This document shows, one piece after another, positions 40,041 through 52,479 of a stretch of 64,000 nucleotides of DNA. The notes under the pieces were generated by a model that had not been told where the DNA came from, did not search any database, and saw nothing but the letters and a program-made list of their open reading frames with translations. Source of the stretch: Octopus vulgaris (lineage: Eukaryota); contig OX597819.1 in assembly GCA_951406725.2 (NCBI GenBank), positions 23,870,001-23,934,000 of the forward strand, read 5' to 3'. The position numbers and the translations under genes were made by a program. Every line of letters starts with the position of its first letter. The first letter of the stretch is position 1.

Positions 40041-41304
40041 TGATTTTGATTCGATTAACTATTGCACGTATCTACGTGCTAACAAAAGCCTAATTACACT
40101 GTTTAACTATTTAACGAGGTAAACATCATATAGGAAAAAAATAAACAAAACAAAAGACAAAACAAAACAAGAAAAACAAACAAAAATAAGAAACAAAATA
40201 AAACAACACAAATAACAAAGGCAAAAAAAGCAAACAGTGCGGTCTTCATTTATGAATGACGGTGATATCCAAGTTTTATTTAATAAGAGAATGTTATTAA
40301 ATGTTTAAGAGATTATTGGAAAAAGAATAAAATGTAATTTTCATTCCCATTTACTATTTATTTTAGGTTGTGAATTTGGGAGGAATACTAAAATCCAGAA
40401 GATAGGTAATTTGATGCACACATACTATCAGTATCTAATTTCTATTGCTTGATACAAAACATACTGAACATTTTATGCGTTGTTCTAGAAAATGGAATGC
40501 TTCGTAGCCATAATTACGAGTAGAAGCTATCATTTAAATGGAAGGTCAATAATGTTAAGTTCATATTTCTATATTTCTGCTGGTTACGGAGGTGGAGGCA
40601 GTCGATATATTGAATGAAACGATAGAGTGGGGCTGCTTCGGCGTTGAAGATTGGGTACGTTTAACCTGTTTAACCTGGACGTTTAACTTGTTTAAGTGAT
40701 AGTGCTGTTTGGCACTGGAGGCTAACTCTCTCTCTCTCACACATACAAACACGCGCTTGCCAGTGAAGAAGTATATACTTACAGATAAAGAGGGAAATAG
40801 AAAGAAGGTGAAAGGGTCAGAACACATACATACAAACATAACTGGATACACATCACATAACAAGAGAGAGAGTGTGAGGAACGGAGAGAGAGAGAAAGGA
40901 AGGAAGGGAGAGAAAGAAAGAGAGCAAGAGAGCAAGAGGAAGAGAGCAACAAAACGAGAAGAAAGAGGTGAGGAGATGCAGAGTTAGAGAAAGGAAGTAG
41001 AAAGGGAGGCAGGGATAGATAAGAAGAGGGAGAAAGGAGGACAATATGAGAAACAGTAAAACATTTGATGCCAAATAAATCAGCGTCGAATCAATGACGT
41101 CAAATAAATGACGCTAAAACGGCAGAGCTGAAACTTATACTCGTCGATATATCAAAGTCACAATTTATATAACTAGGCCCTAGCCACAAAGGTGTTAGGG
41201 GCTATCATACATCATATGAACTTAAATGCAAACAATGAACGGAAAGAATATGAGGTGTTATGCATGTTTGTGTGCAGGGATAATCTCATGAAAGTGGTGT
41301 ATAT

Positions 41305-41680
41305 GTGGAAGCACTCCGTCGGTTACGACGACGAGGGTTCCGGTTGATCCTAATCAACGGAACAGCCTGTTCGTGAAATTAACGTGTAAGTGGCTGAGCA
41401 CTCCACAGACACGTGTACCCTTAACGTAATTCTTGGGGATATTCAGCGTGACACAGAGAGTGACAAGGCCGGCCCTTTGAAATACAGGTACAACAGAAAC
41501 AGGAAGTAAGAGTGAGAGAAAGTTGTGGTGAAAGAGTACAACAGGGATCAACACCATCCCCTGCCGGAGCCTCGTGGAACTTTAGGTGTTTTCGCTCAAT
41601 AAACACTCACAACGCCCGTTCTGGGAATTGAAACTGCGATCCTATGACCGCGAGTCCGCTGCCCTAACCACTGGGCCATT
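41305..41680 (-). mobile_element. SINE family C, slightly 5'-truncated
   Basis: Family C sequence; flanking repeat tggtgtatat at 41295 and 41680. Confidence 0.9.
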
Positions 41681-41982
41681 GGTGTATATATAGTCATAGT
41701 AAGTGAGAGTCCTTTGACTGAGAAAAGTCGAATGATTTTACTACCGGTATTAATCGTAACTACAGTTGGACTCTGTGTCTGAACACATACTAGCGATAGC
41801 CGTGTAATCGTGTAAAGCCATGCTCAATACGTTCCATTGCAAATGAACATGATAAGACCTATCACTGCCAGAATAATCCCGAGAGGTTAATTTCCACCTA
41901 GACTTGGAAATTTTCTCTCGTGACTATATTAGCAGCAATAAGTTTTTTATCACAACTATATTTTTTATTACATCCAAATATT

Positions 41983-42038
<56 letters not shown>

Positions 42039-42052
42039 TGCAGCACGGAGTT

Positions 42053-42101
42053 TTGTCAGTGAATAGGTCGCGGTCTGAGAGCGACGAAAATATTTTGACA
42101 A
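42053..42101 (+). ncRNA. Hammerhead-like fold with an atypical first core strand, in a (TA)n-flanked insert (about 42037-42241)
   Basis: ttgtca-GTGAATAG-gtcgc..gcgac-GAAA-ATAT-TT-tgacaa: stems I and II and a palindromic stem III are present, but the core deviates from CUGANGA. Confidence 0.45.
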
Positions 42102-43040
42102 GTTAAATTTAAATGTTGAAGTGAATCGAACGGTTTTTGTGTGTTTCTTAAATGGCTTATAAACACCTTCCACGCTGTAATTGTTTTCCTTCGAGCACAC
42201 GATCTCAGATCAAGTCACTTGCTATGCAAGTACATCTCCGTAATATATATATATATATATATATATGCAATCATTACATCAATTTAAATGCAGGGATATC
42301 ATCAGCTGCAAAAATAAATAGAATTTTAATCAGTCGGACACATTAATATAATTTTACTCAACTACTTTAACAGAGAAAGTAGATGGAAGAAATCCATGTT
42401 GTCGCTATTGTAGCTAAGAATATACAACACGTCCAAGAAATTGATATATATATATACACATTTTACCTATTTTGGTTATGATATAATTTTTGATAATCTT
42501 AAATTTTAACTTTATACAACATAACAATATTGTTTATAAACAATCACCTATAGAACCCCATGATAAAATTTCCTCTGTATTAGCATCATTGGTTTTATTA
42601 GCGTCTTGCTCATTTAACTGGTAATTAACATCATGATTTAGGGTCTTCCCCTACCCAGCCTCCTTTTATAGACAGTTACTCTATACCCAATTTACTACTT
42701 CTAATGTCTTGACAATATTTATGACCATACCTAGCCATGAGCTGTCAACTTTAACAGAGCAAGAAGATGGGAGAAGTCCATGGTGTCGCTATTGTATCTA
42801 AGACTATACTACATTTCCAATAAAAGCATGAAGCTTAATGGGGTCATATCTTGTAAAGGATTGTGGTTCATTTCTAATTTATTTCTTTTATCAACTACCA
42901 AATCTAAGACTAGAAGACTGTGTCTGTTTGGAATGAAGGGCAAGCGTGAGTTGACGGATCATGGCTAGGTATCGTCATAAATATATGTATATGTATATAT
43001 ATGTGTCTATGTATCGATGTGTACGTATGTGTGTGTGGTG

Positions 43041-43094
<54 letters not shown>

Positions 43095-43097
<3 letters not shown>

Positions 43098-43278
43098 TCC
43101 CGGGTTGAGTCGGGGTTAACCACAGTAAATAAGGTACTCAATACATAGCAGAGTAAATTAATTTATTTTGTAGAAGGAGCTTCTGCAGAACTAGGACTGT
43201 TTCATTCAAAAGAAATCATCAGGAAGCCCTGATGATTTCTTTTGAATGAAACAGTCCTAGTTCTGTAGAAGCTTCTTC

Positions 43279-43283
<5 letters not shown>
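43095..43283 (-). mobile_element. Palindromic hammerhead cassette (family E)
   Basis: Back-to-back tcatcag-gaagcc-ctgatga cores; (TA)n on both sides; the unique segment is nearly identical to the 20185 and 52185 copies. Confidence 0.88.
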
Positions 43284-43326
<43 letters not shown>

Positions 43327-43475
43327 ATTCACTACGCACACATGCGTACACGTCCATACATATACACATTTATACATATATACATATAGATTCAAAATAA
43401 CAAAGAACATCACAAATTCCCAAAACACCTTTCCAAAAATCAAGAAAACAAATTCAACTTCAGATTTTTCAACTA

Positions 43476-43542
<67 letters not shown>

Positions 43543-44359
43543 GTATGAATTCTCTATAAAAAAATCATTCATGATGAATCTCTGTAAGTTTTTATCCAAA
43601 TCCTGACCACTTTCTTTTTCTTAATGTATAAAATCTGTATACCACTTCAAGCAATATACATAGTTTACAGAATATTCTGAAATTAAAAAAATATATATTT
43701 TGTTTATAAAACTGAGCCTGGGTCCAGATTAAACATTGCCGCAAGCCGTGTGTTTGATATCGTGAACCTAGGATTACAGTTTGTTTTCATTCGTTTGGGA
43801 ATGATTAAGTACCAGTAACATATACCTACAACTCTTCCCTTTGCAGTCGGTGTCTTTCTGACCTAGTCAGAAGAAATTATTTTGATTTGTTTGCATCGTT
43901 TGAAGAATTTATTATTGATGAAAATTCTAATTATATTAGAAAAGTAAAAAAAAAAAAGAATTCCTATATAACCCTTGGAATCTTTGCAGATTGTGAATGA
44001 CGCAATGTTTAGAAAATATTGCTGGCATTCTTGGCAATTATAATAGTTGAAGAGATGATTATGCAGAGAATGTCATTGTTTAATCTCTTTCAATTAGAAA
44101 GGGTATGCCTTTAGCTCGTGGGATCTTTTCAGAAATGGAATTTTGTATAAATTAGATGAGAATTATTCTCATTCAACTGTATAACAACTTACTAACTAAA
44201 TAAATTTCAAAAGCTGTAACTTCTCTGAAAAGCTATGAGATACTAAGCGAATATTAACCATTCCCCAAGCGCGTGGAGGCGTGTGATCGGGTGGTTAAGT
44301 TATTGAGCTGAGGACTGAAAAGTCGCGGGTTCGATTTCTTCAGACATCTGATGACATCC

Positions 44360-44414
<55 letters not shown>

Positions 44415-44416
<2 letters not shown>

Positions 44417-47400
44417 CGTACAGAGGAACCAGAATGATCAGGTTGTTGCTTCGAATATTGGACGTTCTGTCATTTTCCCATCACCATACACTGGAGGCCT
44501 TGGGTACATGCATGAAAAATGCAGGATGCTCTCACTTTTGTCCGCCGCTGTGGCCGTCCAGATTTTTTCATCAACTTCACTTGTAATCCAAACTGGGTTG
44601 ACATCCAGTCTCACTTCATGACCCAAATCCTCCAAATAGGTATAACACCACATCTAGAGTGTTTCACCTGAAGCTAATGAAAATGAGAGACGCTATAAAA
44701 CACGGATATGTTTTTGGACCATTAAGATGCTTCATGTAGAATGGCAGAAGAGAAGACGCCCTGATGCCCATATCCTCTGGCTTCAAAACACTCATTTCAA
44801 CAGATATCGACTTCGTTATCAGTGCTGAACTGCCAAATCCCCAATCGTTTTTGAAATCATAAAATCCAGCATGATCCATGGCCCGTGTGGTCACCTAAAT
44901 CCAAGGTCTGCATGTATGGACAATGGGAGGTGTACAAAGCGTTACCTACACAAACTAATTCATGACACCCAGACTGGTGACGACGGCTATCCTTTATACC
45001 GTCGCAGGACACCATAGAGGGGTGGACATACGGCAACAATAAAAATGGTTGGTGGTCAAAAATTGAATGTCGACGACAGATGGGTGATACCACATAACAA
45101 GGTGCTTTGTAAAATGTCTTCGGTTCAAATTAACGTTGAATTCTGCAACTCCGGGAAATCAATTCAATACATCTGCAAGCATGTACATAAGGGAGCCGAT
45201 CAAGCAGTTATTGAGTTGGCTAAGCCCGGTGAACCTGATGCCGCCACAGATGAGGTCACATTTTCCGAAACTGGACTAATCAGGCATTTTGGCGCATATT
45301 CAGTTTTCCGATCCATCAACGTGAACCTGAAGTTATTCACCTTAGTGATCATCTGGAAAATTGGCAACGGGTGTATTTTAATCAAGAAAATATACTTGAG
45401 TGTGCAAACCAACCTCGAAGAACGACCCTGACCGGATTTTTTTAAATTTGCACTTCAGGCTCTTTTGCCAGAAGACTTCTTTATGCGGAGTTGCCTACCT
45501 TCTACACGTGTAATAAATCTTCCCGCTGTTGGCAAAAAAAAAAAGAAAGCGAGGACGCATTTCAGAAAGGAATGTTTCAATGCGTGAATATGATGCCCTC
45601 TCAGGAGTGTACACAGTTCACCCGCTTAACTCAGAATGCTTTCACCTGCGTCTTCTGTTGCACGTTGTCAAAGGTCCGATTTCCTTTCAAGACCTTCGTA
45701 CTGTTAATGGCCATATTTGTTCAACGTTCAAAGAAGCCTGCTCCAAATCAGGTCTTCTTGATAACGATGACCATTATGACCACGCCCTCTAAGAAGCATC
45801 AATGTTGCAGTCCCTCATTGCTTTTCGTAAACTTTTCGCCGTTATTCATGTTATACTGCAGTCTTGCGAATTCACAATCTTTCTAGAAGAAATATCGCAA
45901 CATGTGCTTGTACATCCTTATGCAATATCGCTACGCATCAACAGACATGATTTTACAGTTTATACCTGCAATGTACAACTGTGGCCTGATATTCCTAGAA
46001 GATACCATTTTGGAAATGGGTGGCCGTCCATTGAATAACTACTGTGTTGAATCCCCTTGCAGAGAAAATGAGGCGATTTGTAACCAGCACTTACTAAGGG
46101 AGACATGCTACGACGCTGCCAGGCTTCTATCCTACGTTGAAGAAAGAGAAGAATTTTTGAATCCCGAACAAGCTGTTGTCTATAATTTTATTTTGACAAT
46201 ACTTGAAGACACCACCTGTGGCATCCACTTCCTTGATACGCCAGGTGGCACAAGAGGACATTTCTCCTCAACCTCCTTGCCAAAGTGGACAGATTACCAT
46301 TGCAATGGTGTCTTCAGGAATAGCATCAACACTGCTAGACGGCGGTAGAAAAAGTCCAACATCAGCTATGTTGAAAATCCTACCACCAATATAAACAAGA
46401 ATTCTGATGAGGCATTTATCTTTCAAAAATGCCAACTGATTGTCTGGGACGAGGCAAAAATGCTTCACAAGAATGCACTTAATACAATCGACACAACGCT
46501 ACAAGACCTGCACTCCAACTCTAAACCGTTCGGAGGCGTCGTTATTTTTACTGGGGACTTTCGTCAAGCCCTTCCTATTATCCCAAAAGGCACACCAGCT
46601 GATGAATTAAACGCTTGCCTTAAAAAATCTCATCTTTGGCGCTCTATCCTGTCGAGAATGTTAACCATAAATGTGCGTTCCATTCTCCACCAACAAGATG
46701 ACAATTCCTTTGCTTCAAAGTTATTAGATGTCGTTAATGGCAGCTTACCGCTCGACGTAAACGGTTTGGCTGATATAAGTACCATCGGTAACTACGTCTC
46801 CGGCCCTGAGGAACTATGCACAACAGTTTACCCCCAGCTTCTTGAATGGATGTGTGAAAGAACCACCTTAACTCCAACAAATTCCACCGTCCAAGCCTTC
46901 AACATATGTCTGCTTCGTCAATTTCCTACCCAAGAGCGATGCTTTACTTCGGTTGATTCGGTTACTGATCCAACACAAATTACATTTTTCTCAACAGAGT
47001 TTTTAAACCCACAAGAACCATCGGGAATGCCACTGCATAAACTTTGCCTTAAACTTGGTTGTCCTATTATGCACTTGAGGAATTTGGAGCTTCCTCGGCT
47101 TTGCAATGGCACATGTTTGGCTGTTAAGCAAATGTTGGATAACGTTCTCGAAGCCACAATCATCACAGGAAAAGGCACTGGCGAGTCTGCTTTTATTCCC
47201 TGAGTTCCACTTATTTCGACAGACTGTGTCTTTGCGATGAAAAGAGTCCAGTTCCCCATTCGATTTAGCTTTGCTATGACCATTAACAAAGCCCAAGGTC
47301 AGTCACTAAAAGTGGTTGGGCTGGACCTCAATACACCGTGCTTTTCACACGGACAGCTGTACGTTGGAAACTGGACCAATCTCTTCTACCACGCCCCCGA

Positions 47401-47902
47401 AAGACTGACTAAAAAAAAATAACGTGGTTTACAAAGGAACCCTCCAATAGCTTTTCCGTTGAGTTGAAATCCTCTTTAGGTTGGCCCTTATTGCGTTTAT
47501 TTACTCCTCACAATAGGTTATGTTAATCTTCCAACAAATGCCCGTTCTTAAAGTCAAGCATCTTTTCATTTCAATGCACAGCTTCCCAGATGCCTCAGTT
47601 AATTTCATATTGCAATTAAACATATTTCTTACAGATTGCCTTCATGTCCATAAAAATGTCGTGTATGCTTTTCGCACTAATACTTCAGCCATCTAGTCAA
47701 TTAAACGGCATTCCGACCGACAATTTTCCATATTTTCACATTTTAATACCCGATATATTTGAATACAGCTTATTTTTGATTTAACGTCTCAACAATGTCA
47801 AATAATCCTCAATTTTAACCATAGACAGAAGTGGAATTACACTGTTTTAGGCTCTAGTTCTATCACGAACTTACACCGTCCAATGGACGAGGGGCGTTTT
47901 GC

Positions 47903-47905
<3 letters not shown>
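44415..47905 (+). pseudogene. Helitron Rep/PIF1-helicase relic with 3' end
   Basis: Rep motifs: PSPYTGG..YM, GRPDFFINFTCNPNW, EW/KR..PDAHILW (HUH), MIHGPCG, DGYPLYRRR, INVEFCNS.KSI.YICK. Helicase motifs: [68 protein letters not shown]. Many stops and frameshifts; terminal hairpin cgtccaatggacg at about 47877. Confidence 0.95.
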
Positions 47906-47944
<39 letters not shown>

Positions 47945-48073
47945 GCATGCGCGTGCGCGCACGTACACACACATATATATATAAATATATGTTGGTTGGT
48001 TGGCATCTTTTCTGTCTCGGGAGACAATGGAGTAGAATATATGTATGTATACATATTTACATACGCACACACG

Positions 48074-48112
<39 letters not shown>

Positions 48113-48115
<3 letters not shown>

Positions 48116-48508
48116 CGCAGTGTGGTAAGTAGCTTGCTAACCAACCACATGGTTCCGGGTTCAGTCCCACTGCGTGGCATCTTCTGCTATAGCCTCGGGC
48201 CGACCAAAGCCTTGTGAGTGGATTTGGTAGACGGAAACTGAAAGAAGCCTGTCGTATATATGTATATATATATATGTATGTGTGTATATATTTGTGTGTC
48301 TGTGTTTGTCCCTCTCGCATTGCTTGACAACCGATGCCGGTGTGTTTACGTCCCCGTCACTTAGCGGTTCGGCAAAAAGAGACCGATAGAATAAGTACTG
48401 GGCTTACAAAGCATAAGTCCCGGGGTCGATTTGCTCGACTAAAGGCGGTGCTCCAGCGTGGCCGCAGTCAAAATGACTGAAACAGGTAAAAGAGTAAATA
48501 AAAGAGTA
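48113..48508 (+). mobile_element. SINE family A (young)
   Basis: Full family A sequence with small head deletions. Confidence 0.9.
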
Positions 48509-48590
48509 TATATATTTATACACACACATATAAATATATATATGAAATCATTGATACGGAAGACAGAGTGTAACTAGAAGCTTTACTTAG

Positions 48591-48693
48591 CGCAACAATC
48601 GTTTCGACTGCCTTCTGCACTACTCCCTACTGGGCTGGGAACGATGTAATGACATCAAATGCGTCGCACAGTGCAAAGGAACTTCATCAGGCG
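48591..48693 (-). ncRNA. Hammerhead motif with a long (about 80 nt) stem II
   Basis: Minus strand: cgc-CTGATGA-agttcctttgcact...agtgcagaaggcagtc-GAAA-CGATTG-TT-gcg. Confidence 0.55.
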
Positions 48694-48822
48694 ATGTAAT
48701 AGACTTCAAAAGTTATTAGATTTACAATTCAACATTACCTGCCTGCGACTTACCCAAAACAAGGTTTGAATACTGCATTTTAATGTCTCCTATCTAACTA
48801 AACGTTAATTTCAACTTTAAAT

Positions 48823-48894
<72 letters not shown>

Positions 48895-48901
48895 ATATAT
48901 A

Positions 48902-49318
48902 CTCTTTTACTCTTTTACTCTTTTACTTGTTTCAGTCATTTGACTGCGGCCATGCTGGAGCACCGCCTTTAGTCGAGCAAATCGACCCCGGGACTTATTC
49001 TTTTGTAAGCCCAGTACTTATTCAATCGGTCTCTTTTGCCGAACCGCTAAGTGACGGGGACGTAAACACACCAGCATCGGTTGTCAAGCAATGCTAGAGG
49101 GACAAACACAGACACACAAACATATACATACACATACATATATATACATATATACGACAGGCTTCTTTCAGTTTCCGTCTACCAAATCCACTCACAAGGC
49201 ATTGGTTGGCCCGGGGCTATAGCAGAAGACACTTGCCCAAGATGCCACGCAGTGGGACTGAACCCAGAACCATGTGGTTGGTAGGCAAGCTACTTACCAC
49301 ACAGCCACTCCTGCGCCT
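48902..49318 (-). mobile_element. SINE family A (young), inverted relative to the 48113 copy
   Basis: Full family A sequence. Confidence 0.92.
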
Positions 49319-49699
49319 ATGTATATACATACATGCATACATACACATATATGTAAATATGTGTATATATGCAAACACACACAGATATACACGCAAAGAG
49401 ACAATAATTTCTTATCTAGGCAGACGATCTTTTTTTTTTATGTGAAAAGATATGCGTCAACTGGTTTGGATTGATTACCGAAGCGGTGCATAAATTAGGA
49501 GGGAAAGCGATCTTTAAAGGGTTAATGAAGCATCACAGGAGAGCTTAATGTAATGATATTGTCGTCAGTAAAGACAACAAACAGAACTATTAGTGGCAGC
49601 TGAATCAACAGATACAGGTGCAGCAAACAGCAGCCGACAACAGCCTTTGCAGACGACACCATTTCTGATCATGATAGTAGTGTGTCGTGATGCAAAAGA

Positions 49700-50497
49700 T
49701 AGTGACGATAATGATGATGGTGATGATGGTGATGGTGGTAGTGGTGGTGGTGGTGGTAGCGGTTATGGTGACGACGGTACTGATGATGATGATGTGGTGG
49801 TGGTGGTGGTGGTGGTGATGATGATGAAGATGAAGGCGATGATAAGAACGATGGTGATGACGATGGTAGTGGTGGGGATGATGGTGATGATGATGATGTT
49901 GATGAGTAGCGGTGACGATATTCATGGTGATGATGATGATGATGACGGTGATGGTGGTGGCGGTGGTGGTTATGTTGATAATGATGATGACAATGATGAT
50001 GATGATGATGATGATGACGAGGAAGATGACGACGACGACGACGATGATGATGATGATGACGATGATGATGATGATGACGACGACGATGACGATGATGATG
50101 ATGATGATGATGATGATGATAATGATGATCATGGAGATGACGACGACAGCGATGAAGAGGAGGGAAACCAAGGGAGGCGGAGGCAGTATAACAATGATAA
50201 TGCTGATGATGAAGATGATGATGTTGATGCTGATGATGTTAGTAATTACGATGATGGAAACACTAATAATTACGATGAGGGCATATAGTAGTGGGAGACC
50301 AGTATACGAGGGTGATGTCGATGCCACCGCCGCCGCGGCCGACGACAACAACAACGACGACAACGATGATGAAGATGACAATGATGAAGATGACGGCAAT
50401 GACGACGACGCTGATGTCGATGATGATGATAATGACAACGACGATGATGATGTTGATGATGATGAGGAGGATGAAGATGATGATGGCGGTGGTGGCG
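49700..50497. repeat. (GAT)n/(GAC)n/(GGT)n trinucleotide low-complexity tract
   Basis: Visible triplet runs; source of the poly-D/M/H ORFs. Confidence 0.9.
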
Positions 50498-50511
50498 GTA
50501 TCTAGTGATAA

Positions 50512-50750
50512 GGCGGCGAGCTGGCAGAAACGTTAGCACGCCGGGCGAAAGGGCGAAATGCTTAGCGGTATTTCGTCTGCCGTTACGTTGTGAGTTCAAA
50601 TTCCGCCGAGGTCAACTTAGCCTTTCATCCTTTCGGGGTCGATAAATTAAGTACCAGTTACGCACTGGGGTCGATGTAATCGACTTAATACCTATGTCTG
50701 TCCTTGTTTGTCCCCTCTGTGTTTAGCCCCTTGTGGGTAATAAAGAAATA
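50512..50750 (+). mobile_element. SINE family B, full length, with TSD
   Basis: Flanking repeat ggtatctagtgataag at 50497 and 50751. Confidence 0.92.
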
Positions 50751-50987
50751 GGTATCTAGTGATAAGATTGAGGAGAAGTAAACAAAAGCGGAGGTGATTG
50801 GCCGGCAGCCATCTTGCTGTAAAGTTTGCTGGTAAAGGTTTCAATTGCGCAGAAGTGAAACAAGCGTTTATTCTCGTGGGGACTGTCTTTGGTCAGGAAA
50901 GCGATATTCTTTAACGTACTTTGGTTTATTGTGTGCGTGTGTTGTGCGCATGCGCACGTGCGAGCGTGTGTGTATAGATTGTATATA

Positions 50988-51214
50988 TTTCTTTACTACC
51001 CACAAGGGGCTAAACACAGAGGGGACAAACAAGGACAGACAAAGGGATTAAGTCGATTACATTGATCCCCAGTGCGTAACTGGTACTTAATTTATCGACC
51101 CCGAAAGGATGAAAGGCAAAGTCAACCTCGGCGGAATTTGAACTCGGAACGTAACGACAGACGGAATACGGCTACGCATTTCGTCCGGCGTGCTAACGGT
51201 TCTGCCAGCTCGCC
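50988..51214 (-). mobile_element. SINE family B, full length, with TSD
   Basis: Flanking repeat gtgtgtatagattgtatat at about 50969 and 51215. Confidence 0.92.
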
Positions 51215-51438
51215 GTGTGTATAGATTGTATATGCGTGTGTGTGTGTGTGTGTGTGTGTGAGTGTGTGTGCGTGAGGACTGTATATGTGTGTGTGTGTAG
51301 TGAATGCATGATTTGCGTGACTAAGTGCATGAGTGTAAATGTGCGTATACGCGAATGGCGCATGCGCACGTGCGAACGTGTGTGTGTGTGGATTGTATGT
51401 GTGTGTATGTATGCGTGTGTGTGTATGTGTGTGGATTG

Positions 51439-51482
<44 letters not shown>

Positions 51483-51663
51483 GCGAATGCATGTATTGCG
51501 TGACTAAGTGTGTGAGTGTAAATGTGCGTATACGCGAATGCTTGCAAGTGTGTGTGTGTGTGTTTGTGTGCATATGTGCGTGTGTGAAGTGTACATTTGT
51601 GTGTGTATATGTAAATATATGTATATGTGAATGTGAATGTGAATGTGCATATACGTGAATATT

Positions 51664-51726
<63 letters not shown>

Positions 51727-52184
51727 GTGTTTGTGTGGATTTGTGCGTGTTAATTGTATATTTGTGTGTATATGTAAATGTATGTATACGTGAATGTGCG
51801 AGTGTGTCAGTGTAACTGTGTACATACGTGAATGTGTATATGTGTGTGTTGTTGAATGCGTATGTGCGAATGTGTGTGTTTGAGTGTGTGCTTGTGTGTG
51901 TAAGTATGGGTGTGTCTGTTTATTAATGCATATGTGTGTTTCTTTGTGTGTCTAGTTACGTGTGTGGTTGAGAGTTTATTCGTGTAAGTGTTAATGTGTG
52001 TTATGTGTCTATGTGTGTATATAATATGTAGTTGTACTATGTGTCTGCGCTTTCCTGAATATGTGTTTATGCATGTGGTGAGGTGTGTGTATGTGCGTGT
52101 TTCAATGCATTTGTTCATGTATGAGTGTGTGTGGTCTTATGTGTGTACGAATTGTTGAATGTTGAATGTCTATATATATATATA

Positions 52185-52387
52185 TATATTTATTATATAG
52201 AAGGAGCTTCTACAGGACTAGAACTGTTTCATTCAAGAGAAATCATCAGGAGCTTCCTGATGATTTCTCTTGAATGAAACAGTTCTAGTCCTGTAGAAGC
52301 TCCTTCTATATAATAAATTAATTTTACTCTGCTATGTATTGAGTACCTTATTTACTGTGGTTAACCCCGAATCAACCCGGGACCTAC

Positions 52388-52388
<1 letters not shown>
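52185..52388 (+). mobile_element. Palindromic hammerhead cassette (family E), best-preserved copy
   Basis: A palindrome of about 130 bp (tttattatatagaaggagcttc...gaagctccttctatataataaa) plus about 70 bp of unique tail ending gggacctac, within (TA)n. Confidence 0.9.
52248..52304 (+). ncRNA. Intact type I hammerhead ribozyme
   Basis: Stem I aggagcttc/gaagctcct (9 bp); core CTGATGA at 52257-52263; stem II ttc(tctt)gaa; GAAA at 52276-52279; stem III A-CAG/CTG-T with a CTAG-containing loop. The predicted GUA cleavage site is after 52295. Confidence 0.85.
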
Positions 52389-52418
<30 letters not shown>

Positions 52419-52479
52419 TGCGAGGGAGTATCTGTGTGTGTGTGTTTGGAGATGTATGCGTGTCATCGAGTGTGCATAT

